This document shows, piece after piece, positions 23,704 through 32,268 of a stretch of 32,268 nt of DNA (position 1 is the first letter of the stretch; each line of letters opens with the position of its first letter). A program made the translations under genes and the position numbers. The DNA is taken from sequence record SRR20825019_1786. One strand, given 5' to 3'. The notes under the pieces are model-generated. The model was not told where the DNA came from. It saw only the letters and a program-made list of their open reading frames with translations, and made no database searches.

Positions 23704-26673
23704 ATGCCGATCCGCCGCCTGCCCGAGGACGGTGCCGCCGCCGGTGTTTACACACTGCTGGAGGCCATCGACACCATGCCGCCGGTCCTCAGCCGCGCGG
23801 AATCCGCCTTCGACCGGCTGGCCGGCAGCCTCACCGGAACGATCGACCGGATCGGCGCGGCGCTCGACACACTTGACCGGCGGAGCCTGCCCCCAGCCAC
23901 ACCCGGGGTACAAAATCCGTACATTCAGGACGCTTCCTTCAGCTCCGCCGACACCGATCTTCTCTCCCTCGGTGAAGACCGGCTGCATCTGGAAGATCTG
24001 ATCACCGAATCCCTGGTGGAGCAGCTGACCGCGTCGGAGAACATCGCATCCGCCCAGGAAGATGCCGCCAGACGCAGCGATACCGCCTGGGGCACGCTCT
24101 CCGACGATATCGTCGGGGATTTCAACCGGGCCTTTTCCGGCATTTCGGAGAACGGGGCGAAAACCTTTTCCTCCCTGTGGCAGAACATGGCGGCGGGACT
24201 TGACCAGACCATCTCCGCCATCGACTGGGATGGCCTGTTCGGCCCTGTTGCCGGACAATTCGCCGATGCCGCATCCGGCCTTCTCGGCTCTTTCGGTGGT
24301 AACGGCAGCGGCGGGTTCTCCGGACTGTTCGAAGCCGGCGGCTCGCTGCTTTCCAGCTTTCTGCCCGGTATGGGCGGCGGCGGAGCGGCAGGCGGCTCCG
24401 TGCTCTCGGGCATTACCGGCTCGCTTGGTAGTACGGGGGTAATCGGCGCCATCGCCACCGCCGCCGTCTTTGGCCTGAACGAACTGTTCAAGGACGAGGA
24501 TTATCCTTTCGCCAGGGCGGAGATCGGTATTCAGAACGGCACCCCCAGCGCCGGAAGCTCGATGGAGCTGGATGGCGGACCGCTGGACAATATCCTGCAA
24601 TTGCAGGACCGGGTGCTAACGGCCCTCGATGCGATGACCAACCGGCTTGGCGCATCCTTCTCCGGCGATGTGAGTAATTTTCTGCAGATCGGCTATTCCA
24701 GCGGCCGCAAGTCCATCCTGCCGTCCGGCTACTTCGTCGCCGGTCTGGAGGCAGGCGGCGATTTCAACAGCGGTGCCGACTTCACCGGGATCGAGGATGA
24801 AGAGGAGCTGATCGGGCGCGCCATCGAACTGGCCTTCGCCAAAGCAGCGCGGGACGGTACCCTGACCGGGCTCTCGGACGATGCCGGGGCGGATTCCCGA
24901 GGTCAGAAAACATTCGAAGCGGGCATCGAAAAGCTGCTCGCCGCACCGTTCGAAAGCCTCGAGACATCCCTGCGCCGGATCGATTTCCTCGCCAGCTTCG
25001 AGGAGACCGTTGCGCTCTTCAGGGACGGCACTGAAAGCGTCGATGCCTATACCCGCTCCCTCAGGGCCCAGCGCGCGGCTCTTGAGGAAGCGGGCCAGGC
25101 CGCCGCAGATGATGCCTTCGAGCCGATCCGTCTGTTCATGGAAGATGCCGCCCTGCTGTTCAGCGGCGGCGGGGAGCAGGACGCCGCGTCCGCCTTCCGC
25201 CTCGATCAGGCGGGCGACACGGTTCGGGGGATGACCCGCGATCTGCTCGACACGCTCTCCCTGAATGGCATTGAAGCGCCACTCGAAGGATACGCCTTGC
25301 TGTACGAGCAGCAGGCCGCCCAGATCACCGCCCTGGTCCCGGCACTGGAAGCGCTGAACCAGGAACTGGCAGCGCTCGGGCTTGAGACCATCGATGTCGC
25401 CGCCGAAATCAATGCCGCCAACGAGGCATTGAGCGCGGAAGTCCGGACCCTTTTCCTGAAGGACCTCGATGCCGGGCTTTCTCCCGAGCGGGCGGCCGCG
25501 CAACAGGCGATGGATGAAAGGGACAGCCTGCTGCAACAGGCCGAACAGCTCGGCTACGGCCAGGATCAGGAGATCCTTGGCAAGATCGAGGCGAACTTCA
25601 CCGCGGAACTCGACCGGCTCGGCTTTACGGTCGGCGAAAGTGGCAATTTATTGCAGACTTTCGCCGACAGCATCGAGGCGGCCACCGCCGGGCTCGACCG
25701 GCAGATCACGGCGCAGGAAAATTCGGTCGGGGAATTCGTCCGCCTGACGGAGAGCCTTGCAACCGCCCGGCAGGATTTTGCCCTCGACAGCTCCCTCTCA
25801 CCGCACGCACCGCTGGACCGGCTGACACAGGCGAGGACCGGGTTCGAGGAACTTGCCGCCGCGTCCGCCGATGGCGATCTTGAGGCGCGAGAGGACCTGG
25901 CGGCCAGCGCCCGCACCTACCTGACATTGGCACGCGAGGTTCATGCCTCCAGCGAGGCCTATACCGATATCTTCTATCAGGTCGATGCGGTGCTTGCCTC
26001 CGCCCTGCATGACACGGAAGCCCAGGTCACGGCGGCCGAGCGCCAGCTGGACGTTCTGATCGAAATCCGGGACCGGCTCGGCCCGCCCAGCGCCACGGGC
26101 GGCGCCTTGGAATTCCGCTCGGCCGGCGGCGGACAGTATCTTTCGGAAAGCGGCGGGCCGGTCGGGGCCGGGTACGATCTCGGCTACAACCCGGAACGCA
26201 ACATCGCCATCCTGACGGCCCTCGATGCCGCAGGCCTACCCCTGCCGAGCGGGTTTGGCGAAGGCCAGCTCTCCCGGCTCAGGGCGGATAATCAGGCCGT
26301 GGATGCGATTGTCACCGCCATGGGCTTCGCCACCGGCGGGATTATGACCGCGAACGGCCCGGCCCAGACCGCGCCATACGATGGCGGCATTACCAGCGAC
26401 GTGTCCGTCGCCCTGTTCGGTGAAGGCAGTCAGCCGGAAGCCTATGTGCCCCTGCCGGACGGCCGCTCCATTCCCGTCACGCTCAGTCTGCCCGCCAACG
26501 ACGATAGCGGCGACACCAGCGAGACACGGGATGCCCTGCGCCTGCAACGGGCGGACAGCCGCGCGCTGGTGCAGGAACTGAGGAGCCTCAACCGGGAAGT
26601 CGCCGCGCTCAGAGACGATAATGAACGGCTCAGCCGCGTGCTCGGCCGGGCCTTCTCGCGCCAAACCGCCTGA
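23704..26673 (+). CDS. Tape measure protein
   Basis: 989 aa, Ala-rich and helical, with a Gly-rich hydrophobic segment and C-terminal GFATGG...FGEG..PEAYVPLPDGRSIPV; follows the chaperones. Confidence 0.85.
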   Translation: MPIRRLPEDGAAAGVYTLLEAIDTMPPVLSRAESAFDRLAGSLTGTIDRIGAALDTLDRRSLPPATPGVQNPYIQDASFSSADTDLLSLGEDRLHLEDLITESLVEQLTASENIASAQEDAARRSDTAWGTLSDDIVGDFNRAFSGISENGAKTFSSLWQNMAAGLDQTISAIDWDGLFGPVAGQFADAASGLLGSFGGNGSGGFSGLFEAGGSLLSSFLPGMGGGGAAGGSVLSGITGSLGSTGVIGAIATAAVFGLNELFKDEDYPFARAEIGIQNGTPSAGSSMELDGGPLDNILQLQDRVLTALDAMTNRLGASFSGDVSNFLQIGYSSGRKSILPSGYFVAGLEAGGDFNSGADFTGIEDEEELIGRAIELAFAKAARDGTLTGLSDDAGADSRGQKTFEAGIEKLLAAPFESLETSLRRIDFLASFEETVALFRDGTESVDAYTRSLRAQRAALEEAGQAAADDAFEPIRLFMEDAALLFSGGGEQDAASAFRLDQAGDTVRGMTRDLLDTLSLNGIEAPLEGYALLYEQQAAQITALVPALEALNQELAALGLETIDVAAEINAANEALSAEVRTLFLKDLDAGLSPERAAAQQAMDERDSLLQQAEQLGYGQDQEILGKIEANFTAELDRLGFTVGESGNLLQTFADSIEAATAGLDRQITAQENSVGEFVRLTESLATARQDFALDSSLSPHAPLDRLTQARTGFEELAAASADGDLEAREDLAASARTYLTLAREVHASSEAYTDIFYQVDAVLASALHDTEAQVTAAERQLDVLIEIRDRLGPPSATGGALEFRSAGGGQYLSESGGPVGAGYDLGYNPERNIAILTALDAAGLPLPSGFGEGQLSRLRADNQAVDAIVTAMGFATGGIMTANGPAQTAPYDGGITSDVSVALFGEGSQPEAYVPLPDGRSIPVTLSLPANDDSGDTSETRDALRLQRADSRALVQELRSLNREVAALRDDNERLSRVLGRAFSRQTA

Positions 26674-26683
26674 AGGAACAAAC

Positions 26684-28192
26684 ATGTCTCTCTATGACGC
26701 ACTGATCGCCGATCCCTTTTCGATCCGGCGCTACCTTGCCATCCTGGAGCCGTATGATTCCGATCTGGAAACAACGGTTCCGCTGTATCTGAGCGACCAT
26801 GGCTTTACGACCGAGCCGGACGAGGTGCCGGGCAACCAGTATTTCGATGCAAGGCTGCTCTCCGCCATCAGTTTCGAGCGCCATCTCTATCGCAGCGGTC
26901 AGCTTGAGGGCCGGTCGGTGCCGGGCTTCGGCACGCTCGACATCAACAATGCGGACGGCGCCCTCGATCACTGGCGCAGCTTCGCATTCGACGGCCGCCG
27001 GGTCCGCCTGCTGCTCGGTGGCGACCGGTTCCGCCTCTCCGATTATCAGACTGTGTTCGACGGCACGGCGGAGCGTATCGAGTTCGACGACGACCGGATA
27101 CGCCTGCATCTCCGCGATTTGCAGGTGCTGTTCGAACGGCCGTTGCAGCAGAGCCTCTATCTGGGCACGGGCGGGAGCGAAGGCGATGCCGGACTGAAGG
27201 GCCGCCCGAAGCCGCTGTGCTATGGGCGCTGCTTCCATGTTCCGGCGGTGCTGGTGGATGCTGCGACCCTGACCTATCAGGTGCATGACGGCCAGATCTC
27301 CGGGATCGACGCCGTATTCGACAGCGGTCTGGCCCTCAGCGCGGGGACCGAACCGCCAGCGCCGTCACACTATGCCGTGGATCTCTCCACCGGGACATTC
27401 CGCCTCGGCAGCGCGCCGGACGGCCCGGTCACGGCCCATGTGCATGGCGATGCGGCGGGCGGCGCCTATGCGGAAGACGCAGCCAGCCTGATGCTGCGCA
27501 TTGCCATGCGTGCCTCCGGGCTGTCGCTCATCGACTGGGGCGCTTTCGCCAGCCTCACCCTCGCCGCCCCCATGGCGGCCGGTTTCTTTGCCAATCAGGA
27601 GACCGGCATGCTGTCCGCGCTGGACGATCTCGCAGACAGTATCGGCGCGCATTTCGGCTTTAACCGGCAGGGGCTGTTCACCGTCGGAAGGCTGACGGAG
27701 CCTCTCGAAACGGCGACGGAAAGTTTCGATGACAGCGCCATCGTCAGCCTTGAGCGAGAGCCGTCCGCCCTGCCGATCTGGCGGCAGAAACTCGGTTACG
27801 CCCGCTATTGGCGGCCGCTCTCAGACGGGGAAAGCGCGATCGGGCTCGGTGCGGAGGCGCGGAGCGATCTGACCGCATCCCACCGCTATGCGGACGCCTC
27901 GGACCCGGCCATCCAGATCCGGCACAAACTCGCCGGCGACATTCAGAAAGACGGATTGCTGGCAACCGAACCGGACGCTGCCACGGAAGCGGCTCGGCGT
28001 CTCGCTCTTTTCGGGATAGCGCGGGACCTTTTCCGGGTCCGGGTAAAGACCCGGCCCTACAGCCTCACCCTCGGCAGCACCATCCGGATCACCTATCCGC
28101 GCCACGGGCTGGCCGGGGGACGCAACCTGGTGCTGGCCGGACTGTCCGAAGACAGCGCTTTCGACGAAGCCGAACTCACCCTCTGGGGATAG
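26684..28192 (+). CDS. Tail tip / baseplate hub-like protein
   Basis: G.L.I.NADG.LD, Y.GTGG.EG...LKG.PKP.CYG.C..VP, YQVHDG and L.LG..I.ITYPR.GL; position after the tape measure gene. Confidence 0.7.
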   Translation: MSLYDALIADPFSIRRYLAILEPYDSDLETTVPLYLSDHGFTTEPDEVPGNQYFDARLLSAISFERHLYRSGQLEGRSVPGFGTLDINNADGALDHWRSFAFDGRRVRLLLGGDRFRLSDYQTVFDGTAERIEFDDDRIRLHLRDLQVLFERPLQQSLYLGTGGSEGDAGLKGRPKPLCYGRCFHVPAVLVDAATLTYQVHDGQISGIDAVFDSGLALSAGTEPPAPSHYAVDLSTGTFRLGSAPDGPVTAHVHGDAAGGAYAEDAASLMLRIAMRASGLSLIDWGAFASLTLAAPMAAGFFANQETGMLSALDDLADSIGAHFGFNRQGLFTVGRLTEPLETATESFDDSAIVSLEREPSALPIWRQKLGYARYWRPLSDGESAIGLGAEARSDLTASHRYADASDPAIQIRHKLAGDIQKDGLLATEPDAATEAARRLALFGIARDLFRVRVKTRPYSLTLGSTIRITYPRHGLAGGRNLVLAGLSEDSAFDEAELTLWG

Positions 28193-28198
28193 CAACCG

Positions 28199-29050
28199 AT
28201 GAGCAACATGCTGATCGTCTACCGGAACTATCTGGACAATGCGGCCCTCGACGGCGGGGACTGGAGCAGCGGTCTGCCGCTGGACAATCTCGCCCATCCG
28301 CATCCGAGCCGGGTCGCCCGAACCGTCAACACCGATCCGGCGTCATCCTGGTTCGAGGTGGATTTCGGCGCCCAGCGTCCCGTCAGTTTCGCCGGTATTC
28401 TGAACCACAACCTGAGCCAGCGCGGCACCTGGCGGGTGCGGCTGTTCAATACCTCACTGGAACAGCCGGAACTCGACACCGGCGCCGTGCCGATCTGGCC
28501 CCGCGTGGTGCCATTCGGCACCGGGCACTGGGGCGAGTTCCAGTGGGGCGGCCATCTCGATACCGCGACGGCGGAGACGTACGGCATCGGGTCCTACGCG
28601 ATCCTGCCCGCGGCGCGGCGCGTGCGTTATGTGCGCATGGATCTGGAAGACCCGGACAACCCGGCCGGCTATCTGCAAGCGGGACGCGCCTTGCTGGCAC
28701 CGGCATGGACGCCCAGCGTGAACCTGCAATACGGCTGGAGCATCGAGCAGGTGGACGAGAGCCGGATTGTCAAGTCGCGCGGCGGCCAGGCCTATTTCGA
28801 CGGCAAACCAAAATACCGCCGCCTGCGCTTCCGGATTGAACATCTGGATATCGACGAGATGCTGGCCAACGCCTACGAGCTGGAGCGGCTGAAGGGTACC
28901 GGCGGCGACATCCTGGCGATGGTCGATCCGGACGACACCGCCCACCTGCACCGGCGCACGGTCTATGGCCGGATCGCCGAAACCACCCCCATCGTGAACG
29001 ATTTCAACGAACGCTATTCCAAGGAATTCGTCATAGAGGAGCTGTACTGA
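28199..29050 (+). CDS. Tail tip structural protein (distal-tail-like, with probable carbohydrate-binding-like insertion)
   Basis: LPL.NL, NHNLS, RYVR...D.DN..GY.Q.GR, W.P..N..YG, S.GG..Y and terminal F.IEEL. Confidence 0.65.
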   Translation: MSNMLIVYRNYLDNAALDGGDWSSGLPLDNLAHPHPSRVARTVNTDPASSWFEVDFGAQRPVSFAGILNHNLSQRGTWRVRLFNTSLEQPELDTGAVPIWPRVVPFGTGHWGEFQWGGHLDTATAETYGIGSYAILPAARRVRYVRMDLEDPDNPAGYLQAGRALLAPAWTPSVNLQYGWSIEQVDESRIVKSRGGQAYFDGKPKYRRLRFRIEHLDIDEMLANAYELERLKGTGGDILAMVDPDDTAHLHRRTVYGRIAETTPIVNDFNERYSKEFVIEELY

Positions 29051-30084
29051 TGACCTGGTCCGTGACCATCGGCGACCGCACTTTTACCGACGCCAATCTG
29101 GACGGCAACGCCTACGCCGAGGAAGAAACCGGCTTCCCCGCCATCGTCCGTGCGGTTGCCGAGGAAACCGCCGTCCTGAAGGGCGCGGCAGGGCTTTCCG
29201 CTTCCCCGCTCACCCCCGCGACCGGCCCCGTCACCTTTACCCTTCTCGCCACTCCGCCGCCCGGCTGGAAGGCCGGACAGGTGTTGCGGGTCACCAGTGC
29301 GGGCGAGGCGACACACCTCATGGCCGGCACGATCACAACGCTCGACGGCACGGCCCTGACCATGGAGGTCAGCTTCGCCGAAGGCGCTACCGAACGGAGC
29401 GACTGGGTGCTGACCTATCCGCTTTTCACCGCCTTCCTCGAACGCGCTGGCGGGACAATAACCGGAGCCCTGAAGATCGACGATCATTCCCCGGCCCTGA
29501 ACGCTCCGCCCGGCCAATACCTCAATCTCCGGATGATGCGGGATGATCTGCCGCATCTGGATTTCGGCCTCGACGATACCCCCCTTTCGGATACGGCAGG
29601 CGGCAGCCTGATCTTCCTGCACACCTTCGACAATAGCGGTGCCTGGACAGGCCGGCCTTTGGAGATCAACCGGGCAACCGGCGAGATCAAGACCATGGGC
29701 CTGAACCTTCAGGGCTATGCGCTGGCCGACGGGAACCTGCGCGGCACCCGGATGAGTATCGAAGACCTCGGAGAAATCGGCACCGGAACTGTGTCTATCG
29801 ATGCGTCACGCTGGAACGCCCTGGCCGTGACCCTGACCGGAAATGTCGGTTTCGATTTCGCGGCACTCGGCCTCGGCTTCGAATACACGCGCAGATTCCT
29901 CATCACCCAGGGCGGCGCCGGAGGGTTCGCGCCGTCATGGACCCTCGGCGGCAGCGCAGGTGGAGTCAAACGCATCGGCGGGGTCCCGAACTATGCAGGC
30001 CAGGCGCCGGGCGTTGTGACCCGTGTCACCGCCGAGGTCTGGGGCAACCAGCTCCGGCTCTGGGAAGCGGAAGAAAGTCCGTAG
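29050..30084 (+). CDS. Tail fibre / receptor-binding protein candidate
   Basis: Coupled to the previous gene; beta-rich; L.R.GGTITG.L fibre motif and a C-terminal ID......VTLTGN...ITQGG.GG..W domain. Confidence 0.65.
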   Translation: MTWSVTIGDRTFTDANLDGNAYAEEETGFPAIVRAVAEETAVLKGAAGLSASPLTPATGPVTFTLLATPPPGWKAGQVLRVTSAGEATHLMAGTITTLDGTALTMEVSFAEGATERSDWVLTYPLFTAFLERAGGTITGALKIDDHSPALNAPPGQYLNLRMMRDDLPHLDFGLDDTPLSDTAGGSLIFLHTFDNSGAWTGRPLEINRATGEIKTMGLNLQGYALADGNLRGTRMSIEDLGEIGTGTVSIDASRWNALAVTLTGNVGFDFAALGLGFEYTRRFLITQGGAGGFAPSWTLGGSAGGVKRIGGVPNYAGQAPGVVTRVTAEVWGNQLRLWEAEESP

Positions 30085-30133
30085 TTCCAAAGGCGCCGCC
30101 TATTCGATTTTCCCACAAGATGAGGAGTTGCCC

Positions 30134-30385
30134 ATGCAAGTCAGATCGATTCTGGCTGCCTTGAGCCTGCTGGCGGCATTGCCGGGATGTGCCGCCCCCG
30201 ATGCCGCTGCGGAGATTGAAATCCGCAGAACCAATGCCCTCGCCGCCATCCGCGCCGTGCGCGACGGCTATTGCGCCCTGTCCCCCGCTGTCCGGGAACG
30301 GTTGCGGGATGCCGGGGACATCGATCCCGCGCTGGACAGTTGTACCACCCCTGCCGAAACCAATCCCGAGGAGACAAAGCAATGA
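30134..30385 (+). CDS. Small lipoprotein (possible spanin/lysis accessory)
   Basis: GAGGAG RBS; signal peptide with lipobox LPG-C; two further Cys residues. Confidence 0.6.
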   Translation: MQVRSILAALSLLAALPGCAAPDAAAEIEIRRTNALAAIRAVRDGYCALSPAVRERLRDAGDIDPALDSCTTPAETNPEETKQ

Positions 30386-30558
30386 CCTTCAACACAAGCT
30401 GGCTGTTGGACCGTTTAAGTGAACGAAGCACCTGGATCGGCCTGACGGGAATTCTCACGGCCGCCGGAGTGTCTCTGGAGCCTGAGATCGGTGAGGCAAT
30501 CGGGGCCGTCGGCATCGCCCTTGCCAGTCTGATCGCCATGCTGACAAAGGACCGCTGA
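30382..30558 (+). CDS. Holin-like small membrane protein
   Basis: 58 aa with two TM segments and RL.E.STW.GL; GAGGAG RBS; ATGA overlap. Confidence 0.65.
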   Translation: MTFNTSWLLDRLSERSTWIGLTGILTAAGVSLEPEIGEAIGAVGIALASLIAMLTKDR

Positions 30559-30579
30559 CGCGGCGAAGGGAGTGCCTCC

Positions 30580-30816
30580 ATGGACCAGGACGATGCCCGC
30601 CGCGTGGTGCGGGCGACATTGACTGAGCTCGGCCTCGACGTCACCTCGCCGGAGCGGGTGATCCAGGCGCAGCACGATTTTGCCTATCTGCGCCATCAGC
30701 GGAATCTGTCGGAGAAGATCGGCGTCGGTGTCCGGCTGATAATGCTGACCAGCATCATCAGTGCCGGGCTCGCCACCATCTGGCTCGGTATCCGGCACTC
30801 CCTGATCCTGAAATAG
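30580..30816 (+). CDS. Small phage-type protein with C-terminal TM helix (lysis-cassette associated)
   Basis: V..TL..LG.D...P....Q.DF.YLR plus a C-terminal hydrophobic helix; GGGAG RBS. Confidence 0.6.
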   Translation: MDQDDARRVVRATLTELGLDVTSPERVIQAQHDFAYLRHQRNLSEKIGVGVRLIMLTSIISAGLATIWLGIRHSLILK

Positions 30817-30843
30817 GTGCCGGCTCAACGCGTGTGAGACCGG

Positions 30844-31647
30844 CTAGGGTTTCAACAAAACCCGCTCGGCCAGATCGACGCGTTCCGACGCGCCGGTGAT
30901 ATGGCCGACGATCATACCGAAAGGCCCTTCCGACTCCAGACGCACCGGCACCCAGGAGCCGCCTTCCGTCAGCCGGGCAACCCAGAGCCGTGTCACTGCA
31001 TCTGTCTTGTCTTCGCCGAACCAGGGTTTTTTGTAGCCGCCTGCAAGGGTCTCATACGCCACCGTGCAAAGTTCCGCCGGTCCGCTGAAAGCGCTGTAAT
31101 CCGTCTTCTCCAGAATGTCGGCGCCAGCGTGGGACAGGCGGAAATCCGTTCGGGTCCGGCCATTGAAGACCCGCAATTCTTCCTCGCAGGGATTGGCTTT
31201 GCTCGTAAGTGCGAGCGACACGACCGCCGCGTATGGATCAATCGTGCCCAGCTGCAGATCCTCGGGCACGGCGTCACGTTTCACCGGATCGCGCGGCGGG
31301 TGCATGACCACCGCCGGTGCGGCACCGGCACGGCTGGTCAGCGTGATCCGGCGCGGCTCGCCGCCGAAGGTTCCATTGCTGCGGTAGGTCTCGGGTTTGA
31401 TGCCCTTGCCGGTCACCTGGCCGGTGCCCTCGCTGGTCACTGCAATCGGGAAGAAAAAGTCGAGGATGCCGAGGGAACGGGCGTTGGTCGTAACCCGGTA
31501 GGCCGAACGGTCAACGGCGATTTTCGAGTCGAACGCGGCGACGGACAAACCGCCAAAATAAATCGTGTAGGAGAGATCAAGCTCCCGTGCATCGGCTTTT
31601 GAAGCCAGCAGGGCGCCACCGATCAGTCCTAAAAAAAGCCACCGCAT
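30844..31647 (-). CDS. DUF3108 domain exported protein
   Basis: Signal peptide; Y.IYFGGL, GT.DP..A, C.....VF.GR.R and W.A......VPVR. Confidence 0.8.
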   Translation of the reverse strand: MRWLFLGLIGGALLASKADARELDLSYTIYFGGLSVAAFDSKIAVDRSAYRVTTNARSLGILDFFFPIAVTSEGTGQVTGKGIKPETYRSNGTFGGEPRRITLTSRAGAAPAVVMHPPRDPVKRDAVPEDLQLGTIDPYAAVVSLALTSKANPCEEELRVFNGRTRTDFRLSHAGADILEKTDYSAFSGPAELCTVAYETLAGGYKKPWFGEDKTDAVTRLWVARLTEGGSWVPVRLESEGPFGMIVGHITGASERVDLAERVLLKP

Positions 31648-31692
31648 GCCCCGCCCTCATGTGCGTGTTTGCGTATGGCTTTAGATAAGGGA

Positions 31693-31724
31693 ACGCGGCG
31701 GCGGATCAAGTGCCGCCGCCGCGT
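31693..31724 (-). terminator. Hairpin downstream of ahcY (terminator-like)
   Basis: ACGCGGCGGCGG-N8-CCGCCGCCGCGT perfect 12-bp stem; weak U tract. Confidence 0.55.
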
Positions 31725-31735
31725 ACATGCTGTTT

Positions 31736-32268
31736 TTAGTAGCGATAGGCCTCGGGCTTGAACGGGCCTTCCTGCGTCACGCCGATATAGGAAGCCTGTT
31801 CTTTGGAGAGCTGGGACAGCATCGCGCCGACCTTCTTCAGGTGCAGAGCGGCGACCTTCTCGTCCAGCTTCTTCGGCAGCACATAGACCTGCTTTTCATA
31901 CTGGCCGGCATTGTTCCAGAGTTCGATCTGGGCCAGCGTCTGGTTGGTGAAGGACGCGCTCATGACGAAGCTCGGGTGGCCGGTGGCGCAGCCGAGGTTA
32001 ACCAGGCGGCCTTCGGCCAGCAGGATGATCCGCTTGCCGTCCGGGAATTCGACCTCATCGACCTGCGGCTTCACATTGTGCCAGGTCAGGTTACGCAGCG
32101 GCTCGACCTGAATTTCGTTGTCGAAATGGCCGATGTTGCAGACGATGGCGCGGTCCTTCATGACCCGCATATGGTCCATCGTGAGGATGTCCTTGTTGCC
32201 GGTCGCGGTGACGAAGATGTCTCCACGCGGCGCGGCTTCTTCCATCGTCACGACTTCGTAACCTTCCC
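31736..32268 (-). CDS. ahcY: Adenosylhomocysteinase (3' part; 5' end outside the window)
   Basis: [55 protein letters not shown] and [10 protein letters not shown]. Confidence 0.98.
   Translation of the reverse strand, partial: EGYEVVTMEEAAPRGDIFVTATGNKDILTMDHMRVMKDRAIVCNIGHFDNEIQVEPLRNLTWHNVKPQVDEVEFPDGKRIILLAEGRLVNLGCATGHPSFVMSASFTNQTLAQIELWNNAGQYEKQVYVLPKKLDEKVAALHLKKVGAMLSQLSKEQASYIGVTQEGPFKPEAYRY

Larger units (their letters stand above)
11908..30816 (+). mobile_element. Phage-derived particle cluster without integration/replication modules: candidate gene transfer agent or domesticated prophage
   Basis: Contiguous regulators, head, neck, tail and lysis-type genes flanked directly by ybaN and DUF3108. 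No integrase, tRNA, att repeat or replication gene is seen. Confidence 0.8.

Noticed and set aside
13488-30084. Canonical RcGTA head-tail cluster
   Set aside because: Only TerL is similar. Portal, capsid, neck and tail belong to other families, and there is no prohead protease or megatron.
21726-30084. Tailocin or contractile injection system
   Set aside because: Terminase, portal, scaffold and capsid are present and open; there are no sheath or contractile baseplate wedge genes.
11816-30843. Complete inducible prophage with att sites
   Set aside because: No integrase, tRNA target, flanking direct repeat or replication genes were seen, and both borders abut host genes.
1-32268. CRISPR array, tRNA/rRNA, IS element, retron or diversity-generating retroelement
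   Set aside because: No regularly spaced repeats, RNA gene signatures, transposase or reverse transcriptase motifs were seen by eye.

Overview
High-GC alphaproteobacterial chromosome segment; a Rhodospirillales-like host is inferred from gene content only. The left arm (1-11.8 kb) holds ordinary host genes: an MCP-PilZ chemoreceptor, a trypsin-like protease, DUF350, a FliL-like membrane protein, an ABM monooxygenase, TauE, AsmA, an RHH protein, an RlmD-like methyltransferase, a DUF2946/RAPP leader followed by a PCu(A)C copper chaperone, and YbaN. The right end holds DUF3108 and the 3' part of ahcY. Between them (11908-30816) is a compact siphovirus-type particle cluster with open reading frames throughout. 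It has a CI/LexA-like S24 repressor divergent from a DUF6362 putative late activator. These are followed by terS, terL, a DUF4055-type portal, scaffold, P22-type major capsid, neck, tail tube, frameshifted tail chaperones, tape measure, tail tip, and small lysis-type membrane genes. I see no integrase, att sites, cro, replication or recombination genes, or endolysin. A host-type cheZ sits between portal and scaffold, and intrinsic terminators punctuate the late operon. The best interpretation (inference) is a domesticated, gene-transfer-agent-like element structurally distinct from RcGTA, controlled by a two-gene repressor/antiterminator switch. A decayed prophage remnant cannot be excluded from one window. 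All family assignments come from motif recognition by eye, not from database searches.
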